Origin: a virus
DNA: 64,000 bases
Virus record (IMG/VR): IMGVR_UViG_3300040801_004314
Span: 1-64,000 of that record
Strand: one strand, 5' to 3'
Program-made: the position numbers and the translations under genes
The notes under the pieces: model-generated
Told to the model about the DNA's origin: nothing
Seen by the model: the letters and a program-made list of their open reading frames with translations, nothing else
The model's database searches: none
Shown here: positions 17,901 to 28,648 of the stretch, piece after piece
Numbering within the stretch: position 1 is the stretch's first letter
How the letters are laid out: every line of letters begins with the position of its first letter

Positions 17901-18857
17901 TATATTTCTTAACTTTCCAATGATTGTTAAGCCCAGTACAATTGGATCTGTTGAATTCTCTAATTTATCTGAGTAGTCTGATATGATAAAGTTGCACTCA
18001 AATAAATGATCAACGTTTTTATTATTCTTTATTGACCAATCTATGAATGGTTTACCTAAAAACTTTATCATTACATCTATTTGTTCAGCACCAAAGTTAT
18101 TCATTAAAAAATGATAAATATCTTCGTATGATAGTTCTTCATCGTACAACACATCATATAATTTAAGCTTTACTTGGTTAGATACATTAGATGATTCTGT
18201 TACACCACCATCAGTCCTTATATAGTTCTTAACTTCCTCTATAGTACTTCTAAAGTCTGGAAACTTCTTAGTAACTATTTTAATTAGGTTTTCTTTTTTT
18301 ATTGTATAGTTTTCGCTTGGAAGAATTTCATTTTGTATTTTCTTAAATATTTCCTTTTTAAGGTACTTTTCTTCCTCTATATTCTTACAATCAAAGTCTA
18401 TTTGGGGAATTCTTGACTTTATCCCATCTGATATTTTGCTAATATGGTTTGTAGTTATTATGAACCTTACACCATTTCTACTATACTTTTCTATAAATGC
18501 TTTGAATCCATCTTGGAATTCTGCTGATGTTCTTTCAAACTCATCTAAAAACACATACTTTATGCCATCATCAGCTTGGATCATGGGTGTGAATTTACAA
18601 AAGTCTTCTATTTCATTTCTTAGTACATCAATAGAGGTATATAGAGAACTGTTTATTTCTAAAAATGGTCTATCTTTAGTATACTTCCCTATGAGTATCC
18701 TAGCTAAAGAAGTCTTTCCTGTTCCATAGTGACCATAAAATATATAATTACCATCTAAGCCATTTTCGAAGTTCTCTCTGATTCTTGGTAAAAGTATCAT
18801 ATCTTCTAATGTTTTAGGTCTCCATTTTTCCCAAAGTAGTAATTTATTCACACTCAT
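17892..18857 (-). CDS. Sliding-clamp loader large subunit (T4 gp44/RFC-like)
   Basis: WEKWRPKTLED, Walker A GHYGTGKTS, Walker B FLDEFE, and FIITTN...IKSR. Confidence 0.9.
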   Translation of the reverse strand: MSVNKLLLWEKWRPKTLEDMILLPRIRENFENGLDGNYIFYGHYGTGKTSLARILIGKYTKDRPFLEINSSLYTSIDVLRNEIEDFCKFTPMIQADDGIKYVFLDEFERTSAEFQDGFKAFIEKYSRNGVRFIITTNHISKISDGIKSRIPQIDFDCKNIEEEKYLKKEIFKKIQNEILPSENYTIKKENLIKIVTKKFPDFRSTIEEVKNYIRTDGGVTESSNVSNQVKLKLYDVLYDEELSYEDIYHFLMNNFGAEQIDVMIKFLGKPFIDWSIKNNKNVDHLFECNFIISDYSDKLENSTDPIVLGLTIIGKLRNILI

Positions 18858-18910
18858 AATATATCTTTTTTATTTATAGAGTCAAAGATAGTAAATGTTT
18901 AGAAGAAAGG

Positions 18911-18988
18911 TAAATTTTATATATACTTTATGAATAACAGAAAACTAAATTTTATATATACTTTATGAATAACAGGAAACTAAATTTT
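18911..18988 (+). repeat. 35-bp tandem duplication of a promoter plus start codon
   Basis: TAAATTTTATATATACTTTATGAATAACAG(A/G)AAAC at 18911-18945 and 18946-18980, then TAAATTTT. Confidence 0.9.
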
Positions 18989-19894
18989 GACGATACCTTC
19001 TATAGAGATTTAACAGTATGTGTATTAGATACACTTGAGGGTAGTATAAGGTGGGTTAATAGATTCACATCTGGTGATTATGCAGTAGATGTTCCTTTTT
19101 TTTACTCTTTAACTGGTGATGAAAGATTCCTTTTGGATAGTTTTCAAGATGATATAGTCACTGGGGAAAGAAGCTCGGAATTAAACACTGATATAAAGCC
19201 AAGGGGTCACATAACACTTAGATCTTTTAATACGGTATCAGATGAGTTTGCAAACCCTAATGTGTGGCTTAAAACAGTCGTAGAGAACGAAGTAGAGGTT
19301 AGGAATATACTCTCAAAGGTTAGGGCTATCCCAATTGTAGCAAACTATGATTTAGAAATAACGCTAGAAAGTGAATTAGATACTTTTAAATGTAGTCAAG
19401 CACTTATGGACACTTTGTGGATGTATAGGTTTATGTACTTTGAATATAACTACATGAATATAGATGCGGTGATAATGATGCCTGATGATACATCTATTGA
19501 GATAAACAGAGAGAAAAAGATGGACTCTTCTAATGATATAAAAATGACAGTTTCATTCCAAGTTAAAACATATTACCCTGCGATAAGAAAGGATAAGATA
19601 AATACACCAGGATATACTAAGAAAGGTGAAGGTATGACAGATCAAAATGGATATCAGACTACTGGTGGTTTTTCCGATTACTTTTCACCCGAACAAGATT
19701 TTGTTGGTAACCCAGGTGGGGAAGGTAGCTTCACTGATAAGAGTAGTTATCCATACATATCTGATAATGGTGGATATAATGTTGCTCCTAAGAAAACCAA
19801 GTGGTATGGTAACATACTAAGAGCTAGGGAAAGAAATAGTATACCTGTTAATAATCCAAATGGTGATAAGCCGAATAAAGATAATAACAAATAA
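18965..19894 (+). CDS. Tail completion/sheath stabiliser, T4 gp15-like
   Basis: F.D.FYR.L.V, VPFFY...ERFL and PRGHI pattern resembling gp15. Confidence 0.6.
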   Translation: MNNRKLNFDDTFYRDLTVCVLDTLEGSIRWVNRFTSGDYAVDVPFFYSLTGDERFLLDSFQDDIVTGERSSELNTDIKPRGHITLRSFNTVSDEFANPNVWLKTVVENEVEVRNILSKVRAIPIVANYDLEITLESELDTFKCSQALMDTLWMYRFMYFEYNYMNIDAVIMMPDDTSIEINREKKMDSSNDIKMTVSFQVKTYYPAIRKDKINTPGYTKKGEGMTDQNGYQTTGGFSDYFSPEQDFVGNPGGEGSFTDKSSYPYISDNGGYNVAPKKTKWYGNILRARERNSIPVNNPNGDKPNKDNNK

Positions 19895-19955
19895 TAGAAA
19901 AAAAGCACTTTTTAGTGTTAATATATAGTATATAGAAAAAAATAAAATTTAACAC

Positions 19956-21239
19956 ATGAAGAATCTTAAACTAGAACTGTTTAATTTCAAAAAAGACCTT
20001 TCGATGGATCAAGAAGAAATCTTTAATATTATTGAAGGACATATGAACGTATGTAATGAAGAATCCGAGAAAAACATAATTGTTTCTCTTAATGAAAGAT
20101 TGAAGCCTTATACTTATGATAAAGAAGTTAAAGGTTTGTTAGAGGGTTTGAATACAGACATGGAAGAATATAAATTGTTATATGAATTGAAAAACTTATA
20201 TAACGTATTGAATAAAAAGAATCAAGGCGAATTATATAGACAACCAATAAATGTATTGTTAGAAACTATAAATTTACAATCTGATCAAGACAGAATGTCT
20301 AAAGTTCTTAATGAGCTATCAGTTTATGATTGGGTCCCTGAAATAAAGCTATTTGTACATAACCTTACAACTTCACCAGAGAAGAAAGCTAACCTACTTA
20401 GCGGTGGTCAAGCTGAATCTGTTCACACTATCGTTGAACAAGTTGAAGAAGGTCATATTGCACTAGTTAAAGATTCTTGGTTTCTTTTAAAAGAAGATTC
20501 AGTCGATAAAGCACTTTTAGAAGAGCATATAACTGATGAGAACGAGCTAAGAAAATTAAGGCTTATCGAATCAGCAATGAAATATGCACAAGTTGAAGAT
20601 GATAGAGTTAACTTTAGAATTTCTGAAAACCTTACTATTGGATTAGGTGTTGATAACAAATCTTTATACATCAATGAAGATGAGCTAAATACAGAAACAA
20701 CTTTAGAATCTTTATTTAACTCACCAATAATTCCTATCGTTAATAAGAACTTTTACCCTGTGTTATTAGAAGTTTCTCAAAACATGGATAAATTCGTTGA
20801 ACTAGATGTAGTTAAAAAAGTAGAAAACATGGTAAATCCTTACTTAGAGTGCTATGCATTTAATTACAAAGATGCAACATTCTTATACAGGTGCGATGAG
20901 AGATATGGTAATAGCTTCTTTAAGTTTGAATCAGCTATCGAATTAGTAAATGAAGTTAGAAATGAGTTAAACTATGATTTAACATATTTTTACGAAAACA
21001 AGTTAGGGAAAGAGACAATGGTTAAGAGAAGACTAGAAGATAAAGAAAGAGAAATCACACTTAAATTAGAAAGTGTTTCCTTTAATATTGATAAAGTAAA
21101 AGGTTCTATCAAGATGTTAGGTGAATCAGAAGTATTATCAAAAGCATTGACTAACTTAGAGAAAAGACATAGCAACCTAAAAGCTGAATTAGATGGTGTT
21201 AAAGAAGTTCAATATAACGAGAAAATTAAATTGAAATAA
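19956..21239 (+). CDS. Hypothetical (probably structural, late) protein with C-terminal coiled coil
   Basis: 427-aa ORF, late-type promoter at about 19918, terminator downstream. Confidence 0.6.
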   Translation: MKNLKLELFNFKKDLSMDQEEIFNIIEGHMNVCNEESEKNIIVSLNERLKPYTYDKEVKGLLEGLNTDMEEYKLLYELKNLYNVLNKKNQGELYRQPINVLLETINLQSDQDRMSKVLNELSVYDWVPEIKLFVHNLTTSPEKKANLLSGGQAESVHTIVEQVEEGHIALVKDSWFLLKEDSVDKALLEEHITDENELRKLRLIESAMKYAQVEDDRVNFRISENLTIGLGVDNKSLYINEDELNTETTLESLFNSPIIPIVNKNFYPVLLEVSQNMDKFVELDVVKKVENMVNPYLECYAFNYKDATFLYRCDERYGNSFFKFESAIELVNEVRNELNYDLTYFYENKLGKETMVKRRLEDKEREITLKLESVSFNIDKVKGSIKMLGESEVLSKALTNLEKRHSNLKAELDGVKEVQYNEKIKLK

Positions 21240-21262
21240 TTAAAATAATTAAAATAATAATT

Positions 21263-21290
21263 AAAAAAGTCCTTAATAGGGACTTTTTTT
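21263..21290 (+). terminator. Rho-independent terminator
   Basis: AAAAAAGTCCT-TAAT-AGGGACTTTTTT. Confidence 0.7.
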
Positions 21291-21331
21291 GTTTAAACTT
21301 AATCATTTAAATCATATATAATATATACTTT

Positions 21332-23083
21332 ATGATAAAATATAACTTAATACCAATAGAAACGAAGGGATGTAGAAAAATAAAACATTACGAATCCTTG
21401 GGTTATGACATTAATAAAGATGTCATGATGGTTAAAGTAGAACATGTAACAAAGGGTTCACGTAAAAAGGTTGCTGTTATATGTGATTACTGTAACAAGG
21501 AAAGTATTACAACATTAAAGCAATATTTTCTAAATATATCAAATGGTGATAAATATGCATGTTGCCAAAAGTGCGGATCTATGAAGTCAAAAGAAACTTT
21601 ATTGGAGAGGTATGGTGTAACACATCATATGAAATTAGATGAAGTTAAAGAAAATGTCAAAAATACAAATCTAAGAAAATACGGAGTTGAATATTTACAA
21701 CAATCTGATGAATTTAAAAATAAATCAAAAGAAACTCTTCTTAATAAATATGGTGTTGACCATATTTCAAAATCAGAAATATATAAAGATAAGTTTAAAA
21801 AGACTTGTCTTATAAATCATGGTGTTGAGTATCCTATGATGTCAGATAAAATAAGAAATAAATCTAAAACCACTTCACTTAAAAAATATAAAGTAGATAA
21901 TCCAGCAAAATCTAATATTGTTAAAGGAAAAGTAAAAGAAACGAATCTAAAAAAATATGGAAATGTTAATTATCTAAAAACAGAAGATTATAAACACAAG
22001 AATAAAATAACATTGAATAAAAAGTGGAATAGTGACAACATAATGAAATCTGATACTTTTAGATATGGTAAATTTAGCATATCTAAAGATAAAGGTTATA
22101 TAAAATATTTAGGTGATAGACACTCACTAATGGAATGTGATAATGGTCATCATTTTAAAATACACATAGACAACTTTATAAAAAGAAAGATTAGCGAAAT
22201 ACCTGTTTGTACTATCTGTAATCCAATAGGGGATACAAAGTCATTTAAAGAAATAGAAATCTTCGATTATATAAACTCCGTATATAGTGGTGAAATAATA
22301 CAATCATACAGAGATGGATATGAAATAGATATTTATTTACCAGAGTTAAATTTAGGTTTTGAATTTAATGGATTGTATTTTCACTCTGAGAAATTTAAAG
22401 ATAAAAATTATCATATAAATAAGACTGACTATTTTAAAGACAGGGGGGTTAGAATAATACATATATGGGAAGATGATTGGATTCATAGAAATAATATAAT
22501 AAAATCCCAGATAAATAATTGGTTAGGGATTTCTAATAAGTTATGGGCTAGAAAATGTGAAGTTAAAATTATTAAAAATAATAAACATGTGTCTAATTTT
22601 TTGAATAATAATCACATACAAGGAAATGGTAGATCCTCTGTTAAAATTGGATTGTTTTATAATAAAGAAATAGTAAGTATAATGACTTTTAATCACTTAG
22701 AGGGTAGAAATAAAATGTCTTCTAATCATTGGAACATAAATAGGTTCTGTAATAAAAAGGATGTATCTGTTATTGGTGGTGCAAGTAAAATATTAAAATA
22801 CTTTATAAAAGAATACTCACCAAATAGAATAATAAGTTATGCTGATAATGATTGGTCTAATGGTAATATGTACAATAAGTTAGGATTTAGTATATCTAAA
22901 ACACCAAAGCCAGACTATAAGTATATTGTAGGTGGTAAAAGAATACATAAATCAAATTTTAAAAAATCAAAATTAAAAACGAATTTAACTGAGAACAAAC
23001 ATATGAAAAATATGAATGTTCTCAGAATTTGGGACTGTGGTAAAATAAAATTTGAGCTTATACTAAATAAAATCATCAGTTAA
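21332..23083 (+). CDS. Homing endonuclease paralog (Vsr/PD-(D/E)XK, Hef-like)
   Basis: Same architecture as 1797..3527; EIDIYLPELNLGFEFNGLYFHS. Confidence 0.75.
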   Translation: MIKYNLIPIETKGCRKIKHYESLGYDINKDVMMVKVEHVTKGSRKKVAVICDYCNKESITTLKQYFLNISNGDKYACCQKCGSMKSKETLLERYGVTHHMKLDEVKENVKNTNLRKYGVEYLQQSDEFKNKSKETLLNKYGVDHISKSEIYKDKFKKTCLINHGVEYPMMSDKIRNKSKTTSLKKYKVDNPAKSNIVKGKVKETNLKKYGNVNYLKTEDYKHKNKITLNKKWNSDNIMKSDTFRYGKFSISKDKGYIKYLGDRHSLMECDNGHHFKIHIDNFIKRKISEIPVCTICNPIGDTKSFKEIEIFDYINSVYSGEIIQSYRDGYEIDIYLPELNLGFEFNGLYFHSEKFKDKNYHINKTDYFKDRGVRIIHIWEDDWIHRNNIIKSQINNWLGISNKLWARKCEVKIIKNNKHVSNFLNNNHIQGNGRSSVKIGLFYNKEIVSIMTFNHLEGRNKMSSNHWNINRFCNKKDVSVIGGASKILKYFIKEYSPNRIISYADNDWSNGNMYNKLGFSISKTPKPDYKYIVGGKRIHKSNFKKSKLKTNLTENKHMKNMNVLRIWDCGKIKFELILNKIIS

Positions 23084-23995
23084 AAACTCCGATACATGTA
23101 TGGGATTCATATCTAAATCTCTTACTTTTTCTAATGTAGAATGAGTATCTTCTATTAAACAAACGTCTTGCTTATCTAGTTTAAATTTAAGCCTAAGGTT
23201 TTCTAACATTTCTGCTTTATGTTTTCCAGAATTTACAAAAAACCTTTTACTCTTATCGATATTAAAATGCTCATCTAACCAAGTATTCTTATCAATGTAA
23301 GAAAATGAATTAGGTATGGCAGATAAGATATAAATGTTTCTACCATCTTTTTTAAGCTTATTTAGTTTATCAATAACTGGCTGAACTGGTTTTAGGATCT
23401 TATAAATTTCATTATTTACGAAATCAACTTTACCCTCATATGTTGGTAATAAAGATAACCCAGCAATCACCCCATCCATATCAACGAATATATGCTTGTT
23501 ACTAAAATGGTTAATGATGGTTATATCATCGCATAGCTTAGATACTCTCTCAAACTGTATTCTTTCTTTAGCAGCTTTTTGGATAATATCTATGTGGGGT
23601 ACTTTTCTTTCTCTTATCTCATTCCTTTTAAGACAGACCTGCAATGGTGTTCTAACGTGTATGAGTTCAACTTCATAACCTTTACCTTTTAGCATGTTGA
23701 TTATTCTAACTGTGTAGCTGTTATTTATACCACCACCATCCATAACTATTTTAGGTGTATTTTTATTTGCAAAATCAATCATCTTTTCTTCTGCTTTTCT
23801 AGTACTCCATAAATGAACGTGTTTAGGCACATTATGTTCATAATCTGGGTGTGTTAGCTTAATATCATCGGCTGATACAATTTTAGCATCTCTCCAATCT
23901 TTTGATAATCTATCGTTCATACATTTAGATTTACCAGAAAGTGGTAGACCCATAAAGATAAAAGCTTTTTTCATAATTGTTTTATTTTGATGCAA
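23063..23995 (-). CDS. Polynucleotide-kinase-like P-loop kinase fused to a HAD 5'(3')-nucleotidase-like domain
   Basis: Walker A GLPLSGKS, lid motif CLKRN..RERKVP, and HAD motif FVDMDGV. Confidence 0.75.
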   Translation of the reverse strand: MHQNKTIMKKAFIFMGLPLSGKSKCMNDRLSKDWRDAKIVSADDIKLTHPDYEHNVPKHVHLWSTRKAEEKMIDFANKNTPKIVMDGGGINNSYTVRIINMLKGKGYEVELIHVRTPLQVCLKRNEIRERKVPHIDIIQKAAKERIQFERVSKLCDDITIINHFSNKHIFVDMDGVIAGLSLLPTYEGKVDFVNNEIYKILKPVQPVIDKLNKLKKDGRNIYILSAIPNSFSYIDKNTWLDEHFNIDKSKRFFVNSGKHKAEMLENLRLKFKLDKQDVCLIEDTHSTLEKVRDLDMNPIHVSEFLTDDFI

Positions 23996-24180
23996 ATATA
24001 AGCAATTATTTAATTACTTTTAAATAAATGTTGTTAATGTTAATTTTATTTTCCTATTTTATTCTTATTAATAATTGTTATAGTCGATGTTGTGTTTGAG
24101 CTTTGTGTTAATCTCTAATGTAACACTCTTCTTATTTTTTTTGACGATCCAATTTCTTTTTGACGATCATCAGTTCTTTG

Positions 24181-24531
24181 TTAATCTTCCATATACTCTA
24201 ATTCCTCAACAATCATTGCTTTCAAGTTTCTTAGTGTGTAAGCCTCAAATTCTTGTCCGTTGAAATTAATAACATATGCACCTTGATACACAGATGGTTT
24301 TTGTTCCTTGACTTCAATCATTTCGCCATTTACAATTAAATATCTAGTTAATTGCTTTTTAGTTGATTTGATTTTTGATACATCATAAGAAGAGTATTCT
24401 TCATTTTCTTCTTGTCTCTGTCTTGCGATTGATGTTGATTCGTGGTTTAGCATCTCATTTAATAAGTTTGGTGAAACTACTTTGTTTTCCTCATCATATT
24501 TAAAGTTCTCAAATTTTTTAATTCTGACCAT
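24181..24531 (-). CDS. Hypothetical protein (MVRIKKFENF N-terminus)
   Basis: ORF track. Confidence 0.6.
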   Translation of the reverse strand: MVRIKKFENFKYDEENKVVSPNLLNEMLNHESTSIARQRQEENEEYSSYDVSKIKSTKKQLTRYLIVNGEMIEVKEQKPSVYQGAYVINFNGQEFEAYTLRNLKAMIVEELEYMED

Positions 24532-24888
24532 TTAAAAATATTTTTAATATATATATTTATTTTTGATAATGGAAAACTATACATAGCAATTTTTATAAGT
24601 AATAGCCCTGTTAAGTGGTCTTATTATTGATTTTGGTCAATATTGTTAAAAAATTATTCTGTTCTTTTAACTATCATTGATGACAAAACATTCATAATAT
24701 CATTTTTTGATAATATTATATGTGGTTCTTCCTTTGATTTATAATTATTAATAACATGTTAAAGTTTTGTCTTCAATTCCTCCTTTGATCTAAACCTTTG
24801 CAGTTCTTTAATGTCTTTCATTTTTTTTTATTTAAGTACACAAATATATGAAAAAAAAACAATATTAAGGATAATGATATATAAAATA

Positions 24889-25767
24889 ATGAAGAAAGTA
24901 GATTTCAATAGAGTAATAGAAAATTTAGTTAATTATGACTTCAGTGAATATGAATATAAAAATAATTATACCAAATCAACAATTCGTTGCAAAAAACATC
25001 AAAAAAATTTTAAAAAAACTTTAAAAGAAATAAGAAATGGGAATATATGTGACTTGTGCAGTAAAAAAGCATCTTCATTGGACTCATTTATAGTAAAGTC
25101 TAAGGAAATATGGGGAAGTGATAAGTGGGAATATGATAAAACTAAATACACAAATTCAAGATCAAAACTAATAGTAGGATGTAAAGTTCACAATTATTCT
25201 TTTAGTGTATATCCTACCCAACACTTAAAGGGACAAAAAGACTGTAAATATTGTGTGGAAGATGGTAAAACTGAAAAGTTCATTAATAATTCTAAAGAAA
25301 TATGGGGAAGTAATACTTTTGATTATTCAAGAGTTAAATATAAAAATAACAAAACAGAAGTAGAGCTAATATGCCTTAAGCATGGTAGTTTCTTCCAAAG
25401 ACCAGATAACCATTTGTATTTAAATAATGGATGTCCGATGTGTAGCCAGTCAAAAGGAGAAAATATGATAAGTGACATTTTGGATAAAAATGACATAATC
25501 TATGAAACACAAAAAAAGTTTGAAGGATGCAAATACAAATATTTACTTAGATTTGATTTCTATCTTCCTGATTATAACATATGTATTGAATATAATGGTG
25601 AGCAACATTATGAATCAGTTAAATACTTCGGTGGTGATGAAACATTAAAGTATAACCAAGTAAAAGATAAGATAAAAGTGGATTTCTGTGAAAAAAATAA
25701 AATAAATCTTATAACTATACGTTATGATGAAAATGTTAAAAATAAGTTAAACTTATTTTTAAAATAA
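24889..25767 (+). CDS. Putative homing endonuclease with repeated C..H/CxxC modules and a DUF559/Vsr-like domain (second family)
   Basis: Three YDYS/Y.N..C.(K/V)H..F...HL..C..C repeats, then RFDFYLPDYNICIEYNGEQHY. Track start 24811; likely ATG 24889. Confidence 0.7.
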   Translation: MKKVDFNRVIENLVNYDFSEYEYKNNYTKSTIRCKKHQKNFKKTLKEIRNGNICDLCSKKASSLDSFIVKSKEIWGSDKWEYDKTKYTNSRSKLIVGCKVHNYSFSVYPTQHLKGQKDCKYCVEDGKTEKFINNSKEIWGSNTFDYSRVKYKNNKTEVELICLKHGSFFQRPDNHLYLNNGCPMCSQSKGENMISDILDKNDIIYETQKKFEGCKYKYLLRFDFYLPDYNICIEYNGEQHYESVKYFGGDETLKYNQVKDKIKVDFCEKNKINLITIRYDENVKNKLNLFLK

Positions 25768-25794
25768 TATATAATAATAAAGAAAAAATTATTA

Positions 25795-26160
25795 ATGTAT
25801 TTAAATAACAAAGAATTATATGTAGAGATAATAGTCTCGAAGGCACAGGGTAAACTTACTAGAAAAGCTGAGAAAATGTTAGAACTTCTTGGGAATAAAA
25901 CAATTAAGAAAATGAGATATTGGAGCAATGACGACAAACTTGATTGCTATCAATCGGGGCTTTTAGATATGTACCAAAATTGGTATAATTTTAACGAAGA
26001 AAAATCTGTGAATGCTTTTGCTTACTTCACCGAAATATTCAAGCGAGGCTTAGCCAAAGGATTTAATGAGCTATATAAGAAAAAAGGTGATAGTGATAAT
26101 CTCATAAAAGTACTGTCAATAGAGGGATCCAACGATGGTAATGGGCTTCATTCTCTATAA
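25795..26160 (+). CDS. Late-transcription sigma factor, T4 gp55-like
   Basis: YLNNKELY and FNEEKS.NAFAYFTEI motifs. Confidence 0.85.
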   Translation: MYLNNKELYVEIIVSKAQGKLTRKAEKMLELLGNKTIKKMRYWSNDDKLDCYQSGLLDMYQNWYNFNEEKSVNAFAYFTEIFKRGLAKGFNELYKKKGDSDNLIKVLSIEGSNDGNGLHSL

Positions 26161-26207
26161 TATAAGCACTTTTGTTAAACTCTTCTAGTAAAAGTTATAT
26201 AACAAAT

Positions 26208-27767
26208 ATGATAAAAGAGAAAACATTAGAGGTAAAGGGACATTCAAGAAATATAAAATACTATTCTTCTAAAGGATATGATATAAAGGTAGGCAAAGTC
26301 ATTGAAGTTAAAATAGAAGATTTGTCTAAAGGGACTACTTTTAAAGTATCATGTCTATGTGATAAATGTGAAGCCGAAACAATAAAAGAATTCAGGGAAT
26401 ATTACAACTACACTAAGGGATTAACAGAAAGCTATTACTGTAAAAAATGCAAAAGTATAAAATCTGAGAAAACTAATCTAAGTAAATATGGTGTTAAGAA
26501 TCCAATGCAAAACCAAGAAATAAAGGACAAGCTCAAAAATTCATTGATGGATAAATACGGTGTTGATCACTATTCTAAAACAGAGGAATATAAAACAAAA
26601 TTTAAGCAAACATCTATTAAAAATTGGGGTGTTGATAACCCTTCTAAAAATGCAGATATAGTAAATAAGATAAGTAAGAAAAATACAAACAGGATCAAAT
26701 CTGAATCTTTCCGAAAAGAATCTAAAAATACAAAGCAAAGGAATACTTGGATGAGATATGCAGAAAAGTTACCAAGTGGATATAATGCTTTGGGCTACAG
26801 TGATAATGTCTTTAAAATAAAGCATGATAAATGTGGCAATGAATTTGACATAACTAAGTTTCTGTTATACAATAGGCAGAGAAGTGAGACTATTATATGC
26901 TTAAAGTGTAATCCAATAACAATATACAGATCATCTTTTGAGGTAGAAATAGGAGAATACTTAAACACACTAGGTGTTCAATATGAACAGAGAAATAGAT
27001 CTATCCTTAACGGACAAGAGTTAGACTATCTAATACCAGAACATAACATAGCTATTGAATGTAATGGATTATATTGGCATTCAGAAGCATTCAAAAGCAA
27101 AAGCTACCACAAAAACAAAACAATGATGTGTCAAGAGAAGGGAATCACTCTTCTACATATTTGGGAAGATGATTGGGCTAATAAAAGAGAAATTATAAAG
27201 TCGGTAATAAAGTATAAGCTTGGTATTATTGACAGTAAGATATGGGCAAGAAAGTGTGATATAAGGAATGTAGATACAAAAGAGTATAAAGATTTTTTAA
27301 ACAATAACCATATACAGGGATATGCACCATCTTCTATAAATATTGGATTGTATCACAATGAAGAATTAGTAAGCCTTATGACCTTTGGGTGGAGGCGAAC
27401 TAATAATAAAAGAGAATATGAACTTATAAGGTTTTGTAATAAAATAGGCACAACTGTAATTGGTGGTGCATCAAGGTTGTTTAAATATTTTATAAATAAT
27501 AATGAGGTAGAAGAAATTATTTCTTATGCAGATATATCATTATTCGAGGGTGGGCTTTATAAAAGTCTAGGTTTTGAAAAAGTAAATGTATCAGATCCCA
27601 ATTATTTCTGGGTAGTTGATGGTGTTAAAAGACATAGATACAACTACTCTAAGAGAAAATTAGTTAACCAAGGATATGACTCGAATAAAACAGAGGTAGA
27701 AATAATGAATGATAGAGGTTATTATAGAATTTTTTCAACTGGTCAAGAAAAATACTCATATAAGTAA
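26208..27767 (+). CDS. Homing endonuclease paralog (Vsr/PD-(D/E)XK, Hef-like)
   Basis: KYGVKN repeats, ELDYLIPEHNIAIECNGLYWHS and HIWEDDW. Track start 26172; ATG at 26208. Confidence 0.75.
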   Translation: MIKEKTLEVKGHSRNIKYYSSKGYDIKVGKVIEVKIEDLSKGTTFKVSCLCDKCEAETIKEFREYYNYTKGLTESYYCKKCKSIKSEKTNLSKYGVKNPMQNQEIKDKLKNSLMDKYGVDHYSKTEEYKTKFKQTSIKNWGVDNPSKNADIVNKISKKNTNRIKSESFRKESKNTKQRNTWMRYAEKLPSGYNALGYSDNVFKIKHDKCGNEFDITKFLLYNRQRSETIICLKCNPITIYRSSFEVEIGEYLNTLGVQYEQRNRSILNGQELDYLIPEHNIAIECNGLYWHSEAFKSKSYHKNKTMMCQEKGITLLHIWEDDWANKREIIKSVIKYKLGIIDSKIWARKCDIRNVDTKEYKDFLNNNHIQGYAPSSINIGLYHNEELVSLMTFGWRRTNNKREYELIRFCNKIGTTVIGGASRLFKYFINNNEVEEIISYADISLFEGGLYKSLGFEKVNVSDPNYFWVVDGVKRHRYNYSKRKLVNQGYDSNKTEVEIMNDRGYYRIFSTGQEKYSYK

Positions 27768-27806
27768 ACTTTTGATACTCTTATAATATAATTAAAAACG
27801 AAAAAT

Positions 27807-28091
27807 ATGTTGACAAAAGCAGTCCTTCAATTATGGGAAGAAAGTGAAAGAGGTGTTGGAGCTAGACCTTCAGGTGCTACCCTACACATAGATGTTAATT
27901 CGAGAGAAAAGTACATTAAAAGAATATACAGTAATAGGGATAAAGTTCCTGAATATTACGAAAAGGCTATTGGTGAGCCAGTAGATGTTTTACTTAAAAA
28001 TAACTTATTAAAAAACTCTGATGTTACTAAGCTAATGAGGCATGAATTGAATAATTTACTGAATATGAATGAAATATATGTTATATCTTAA
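27807..28091 (+). CDS. Hypothetical protein
   Basis: ORF track. Confidence 0.6.
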   Translation: MLTKAVLQLWEESERGVGARPSGATLHIDVNSREKYIKRIYSNRDKVPEYYEKAIGEPVDVLLKNNLLKNSDVTKLMRHELNNLLNMNEIYVIS

Positions 28092-28609
28092 ACATTAAAT
28101 TTTTTAAGGTGTTCCTCTGTTATTATGATAAACTTATAACCTTTTTTATTACACCATTTTATCATAGCATCCCATTTACATTTATTTTTGTAGGCTTCTT
28201 TTAGATCATATTCGAAGTTTTTTAGTTTTTTAAGACCTTTCTCTGGGACTTTTAATTTTTTCTCTCTTAACATTTGAACCATTTTGTAATCTTTCATAGG
28301 TTTAACTTCTACAACAACTTGTTTTAAAACCCCTTGGTCATCTCTCAATTCATAATAGAAGTCAGGATAATAAGTATGGTTTTTTATTCCATCACCATTA
28401 AGATTTTGTCTTTGGTAATTAACTTTCATACATTCTGCTCCCCATCTAGTTATTTTTTCATTATGATCAAGATAAAGCATTAGTCTTTTCTCTAACGAAC
28501 TTCTAAAATATACGCCCCCTTGTGAATTTAATTTTACTAATTTGTCTTTATATTTAGGTATGTAATTACCTTGGTTGTATTTGCTATTGTTTGGTGCTGA
28601 GTTTAACAT
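28088..28609 (-). CDS. Head completion nuclease, T4 gp4-like
   Basis: FRSSLE, HTYYPDFY, VEVKP and N..KW.A...WC...G.KFIIITE. Confidence 0.85.
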   Translation of the reverse strand: MLNSAPNNSKYNQGNYIPKYKDKLVKLNSQGGVYFRSSLEKRLMLYLDHNEKITRWGAECMKVNYQRQNLNGDGIKNHTYYPDFYYELRDDQGVLKQVVVEVKPMKDYKMVQMLREKKLKVPEKGLKKLKNFEYDLKEAYKNKCKWDAMIKWCNKKGYKFIIITEEHLKKFNV

Positions 28610-28648
28610 ACCATATATATTAAATTATCATCTTTTAATATATACACT

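Noticed and set aside
24550-24820. Possible decayed minus-strand gene behind the promoter at 24841
   Set aside because: Only a 24-codon frame (MKDIKELQRF...) and short fragments are visible, with no recognisable homology to support a pseudogene call.
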